Both the position numbers and the translations under genes were made by a program. Positions 62,054 through 64,000 of a stretch of DNA of 64,000 nt are shown here, in pieces; positions within the stretch are counted from its first letter, which is position 1; each line of letters opens with the position of its first letter. Source of the DNA: Blastocladiella emersonii ATCC 22665 (lineage: Eukaryota > Fungi > Blastocladiomycota). The notes beneath the pieces were generated by a model. That model had not been told where the DNA came from and ran no database searches. It worked only from the letters and a program-made list of their open reading frames with translations. The DNA is taken from positions 372,001 to 436,000 of the forward strand of contig JANHCV010000005.1 of assembly GCA_025594325.1 (NCBI GenBank), in the 5' to 3' direction.

Positions 62054-63839
62054 ATGGCCGCCGCCGCCGTGCAGACCCCGATCCCCGCGGCCGAGCTGGC
62101 CGACGTGCCGTCCGCGCCCGTCATCATGGCTTTCTCGTCGTACTACGACGACCTGTACCGCCAAGTCCGCGCCAAGACCATTCCGTGGGAGGTAGGCGGA
62201 ACGACGCTCGGTTTATCGGACGCTCGGCTGACGCGGCGAACGTGTGTAACAAACAGGGCTACCAGCGCGCTTCCATGATCAGCGACAGCGACCTGGCCAT
62301 GATCCAGGAGTACGACCGCCAGTCGGCGCCGCTCAAGCAGCAGCTGATCCAGACGGTAAGCGGACGCGGGCGGATCGCGCGGGCGACGGGTCGCTGACGC
62401 CAAGCGTGCCGCGCATGTAGCAACCGGGCGCCTACATCCCGCTCCTCGTGCGCCTGCTGAGCGCGCTGCTGCGCGAGGACACGGTCCAGTACCTGCTCGC
62501 CCTCATCGACGAGGTGCTCATGAGTACGATGCGCTTTCGCTGCGGGTTCGCTCCACCCGGCTGACGCGGCATCTCGCGTCTAGGCCACCCTGACGCGGCC
62601 GCGCAGTTCCACAAGCTCTCGGTGCTCGACGCGTCGCTGCCCTACGCGCCGTTCCTCAAGTGCGTGCGCACAACCGGTTCGGCGGTACCGAAGCGAGACT
62701 TACCTCCTCGCGCGCCGCGCCGCGTCTGTGTTTAGGCTCCTCGGCAAGGACGACCCCTTCACGTCGCTTGCCTCGGCCAAGATCGTCACGCTCCTCCTCT
62801 GGTACGCTCAATCGCGAGCGTCGCGTCGCTTGCCACCACGTCGCGTACCGCCGATCCACTCACCGCGACACGTCCACGCAGCACGCAGAAGAGCACGGAC
62901 CAGCCGACGGTCGACCTGGGTGTGCTGTTCGCGGCGCTCAACTCGAGCCTGCACAACCCGTCGCCGGACGTGGTGGACGCGACGGTGCAGCACCTGCAGA
63001 GTCTGCTGAGCGTGCCGAGTCTGCGCCTGCCCATTTACGACTACCAGGGCGGCAAGCTCGTGTCGGGTCTGCTCGACGTGCTGGTGGCGCAGGCGAGCCC
63101 GCAGCAGCAGTACCAGGTGATCTTCTGCCTGTGGCTGCTGTCGTTCGAGTCGGACGCGGCCAAGGAGATGGAGGGCAAGTTCCACGTGGTGACGCCGCTT
63201 ACGGACATTGCCAAGGGCGCCATCAAGGAGAAGGTGATCCGCGTGGTGCTGGCGCTGTTCCGCAACCTGTCGCAGCTGGCGCCGGCCGAGACGACCGTGT
63301 CGATGATCGGCAGCAAGCTGCTGCCCTTCCTCGACGTGCTCAAGCAGCGCAAGTTTGCCGACACGGAGGTGGCCGACGACATCGAGCACCTGCAGCTGCA
63401 CCTGCGCGAGTCGCTGCAGCGGCTGTCGTCGTTTGACGAGTACGTGGGCGAGGTGGTGTCGGGCAAGCTCGAGTGGTCACCCGCGCACGAGTCGGAGATC
63501 TTCTGGAAGCAGAACATTGCGCGGTTCGCGGACCGCGACAACGAGCTCGTCCGCGCGCTCGCCCGGCTCCTCGTCACGAGCAGCGACCCGATCGTGCTCC
63601 AGGTGGCCGCGCACGACCTCGGCCAGTACATCAAGCACCACCCGACGGGCAAGAAGCTGCTGCAGGATATCGGGGCCAAGCACCGGCTCATGGAGATGAT
63701 GACGCACGAGAACGCGGACGTGCGGTACCAGGCGCTCATGGCCGTGCAGAAGCTCGTGTCGCAGAGCTGGTACGTTTTCTTGGGTTGCGGCCATGGCCAG
63801 GCGCTGACCACTCCCGCTCGATTGTGTAGGACGACGTGA
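62054..63839 (+). CDS. VMA13: V-type proton ATPase subunit H, multi-exon
   Basis: 'RAKTIPWE/GYQRASMIS', 'QYQVIFCLWLLSF', 'KEKVIRVVLA', 'LSSFDEYVGEVVSGKLEWSPAHESEIFW', 'VAAHDLGQY' and 'VRYQALMAVQKL'. Short GT..AG introns; final exon ends at TGA 63837-63839. Confidence 0.93.
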
Positions 63840-64000
63840 TCTCCTCCATCGTGTCGCGCGCGTGCGCTCCTCTCCCTTACCCTCTGATCCCCTGCTGTCT
63901 CGCTCGCTGAATTCGACCATTTCACGCAACATGCTCGTGTGGCGAAGGGGTGGGGCGGGTGTGTGGCGCAGCACCCAGGCCCTTGAGTCGGCCTTCTTGG

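Overview
GC-rich, intron-containing fungal genomic DNA. A Zn(II)2Cys6 factor makes it fungal. A DHCR24-type sterol reductase, a probable UFL1 and short GTACG/GTGCG..YAG introns suggest an early-diverging lineage such as Blastocladiomycota (inference). Both flanks are gene-dense. Left: UFL1-like, a secreted His1 LPMO-like protein, DHCR24 and a bacterial-type EboF-like phosphodiesterase. Right: INO80 subunit Ies2, lipin/PAH1, a Zn2Cys6 TF, an SR splicing factor, U2A' and V-ATPase subunit H. The centre is a giant inverted duplication: two 19,525-bp arms (4893-24417 and 28165-47689; mirror position = 52582 - p) around a unique 3,747-bp spacer. I found only two differences between the arms, and only by comparing ORF translations, not by full alignment. 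Each arm holds the EboF-like gene at its outer edge, decayed TIR-type elements, an RNase H relic, a perfectly folded tRNA-Ser with the rare anticodon ACT, and a 3.6-kb element. That element encodes only a Gag/ORF1-like protein (RRM-like domains plus a CCHC knuckle, one in-frame amber stop) and is bracketed by an exact 17-bp duplication of the tRNA 5' end. The best candidates for novelty are this tRNA-targeted ORF1-only element, the Ser(ACT) tRNA, and the IR-core-IR island (possible regional centromere, recent inverted duplication, or assembly artefact). All family assignments come from motif recognition by eye; no database search was run.
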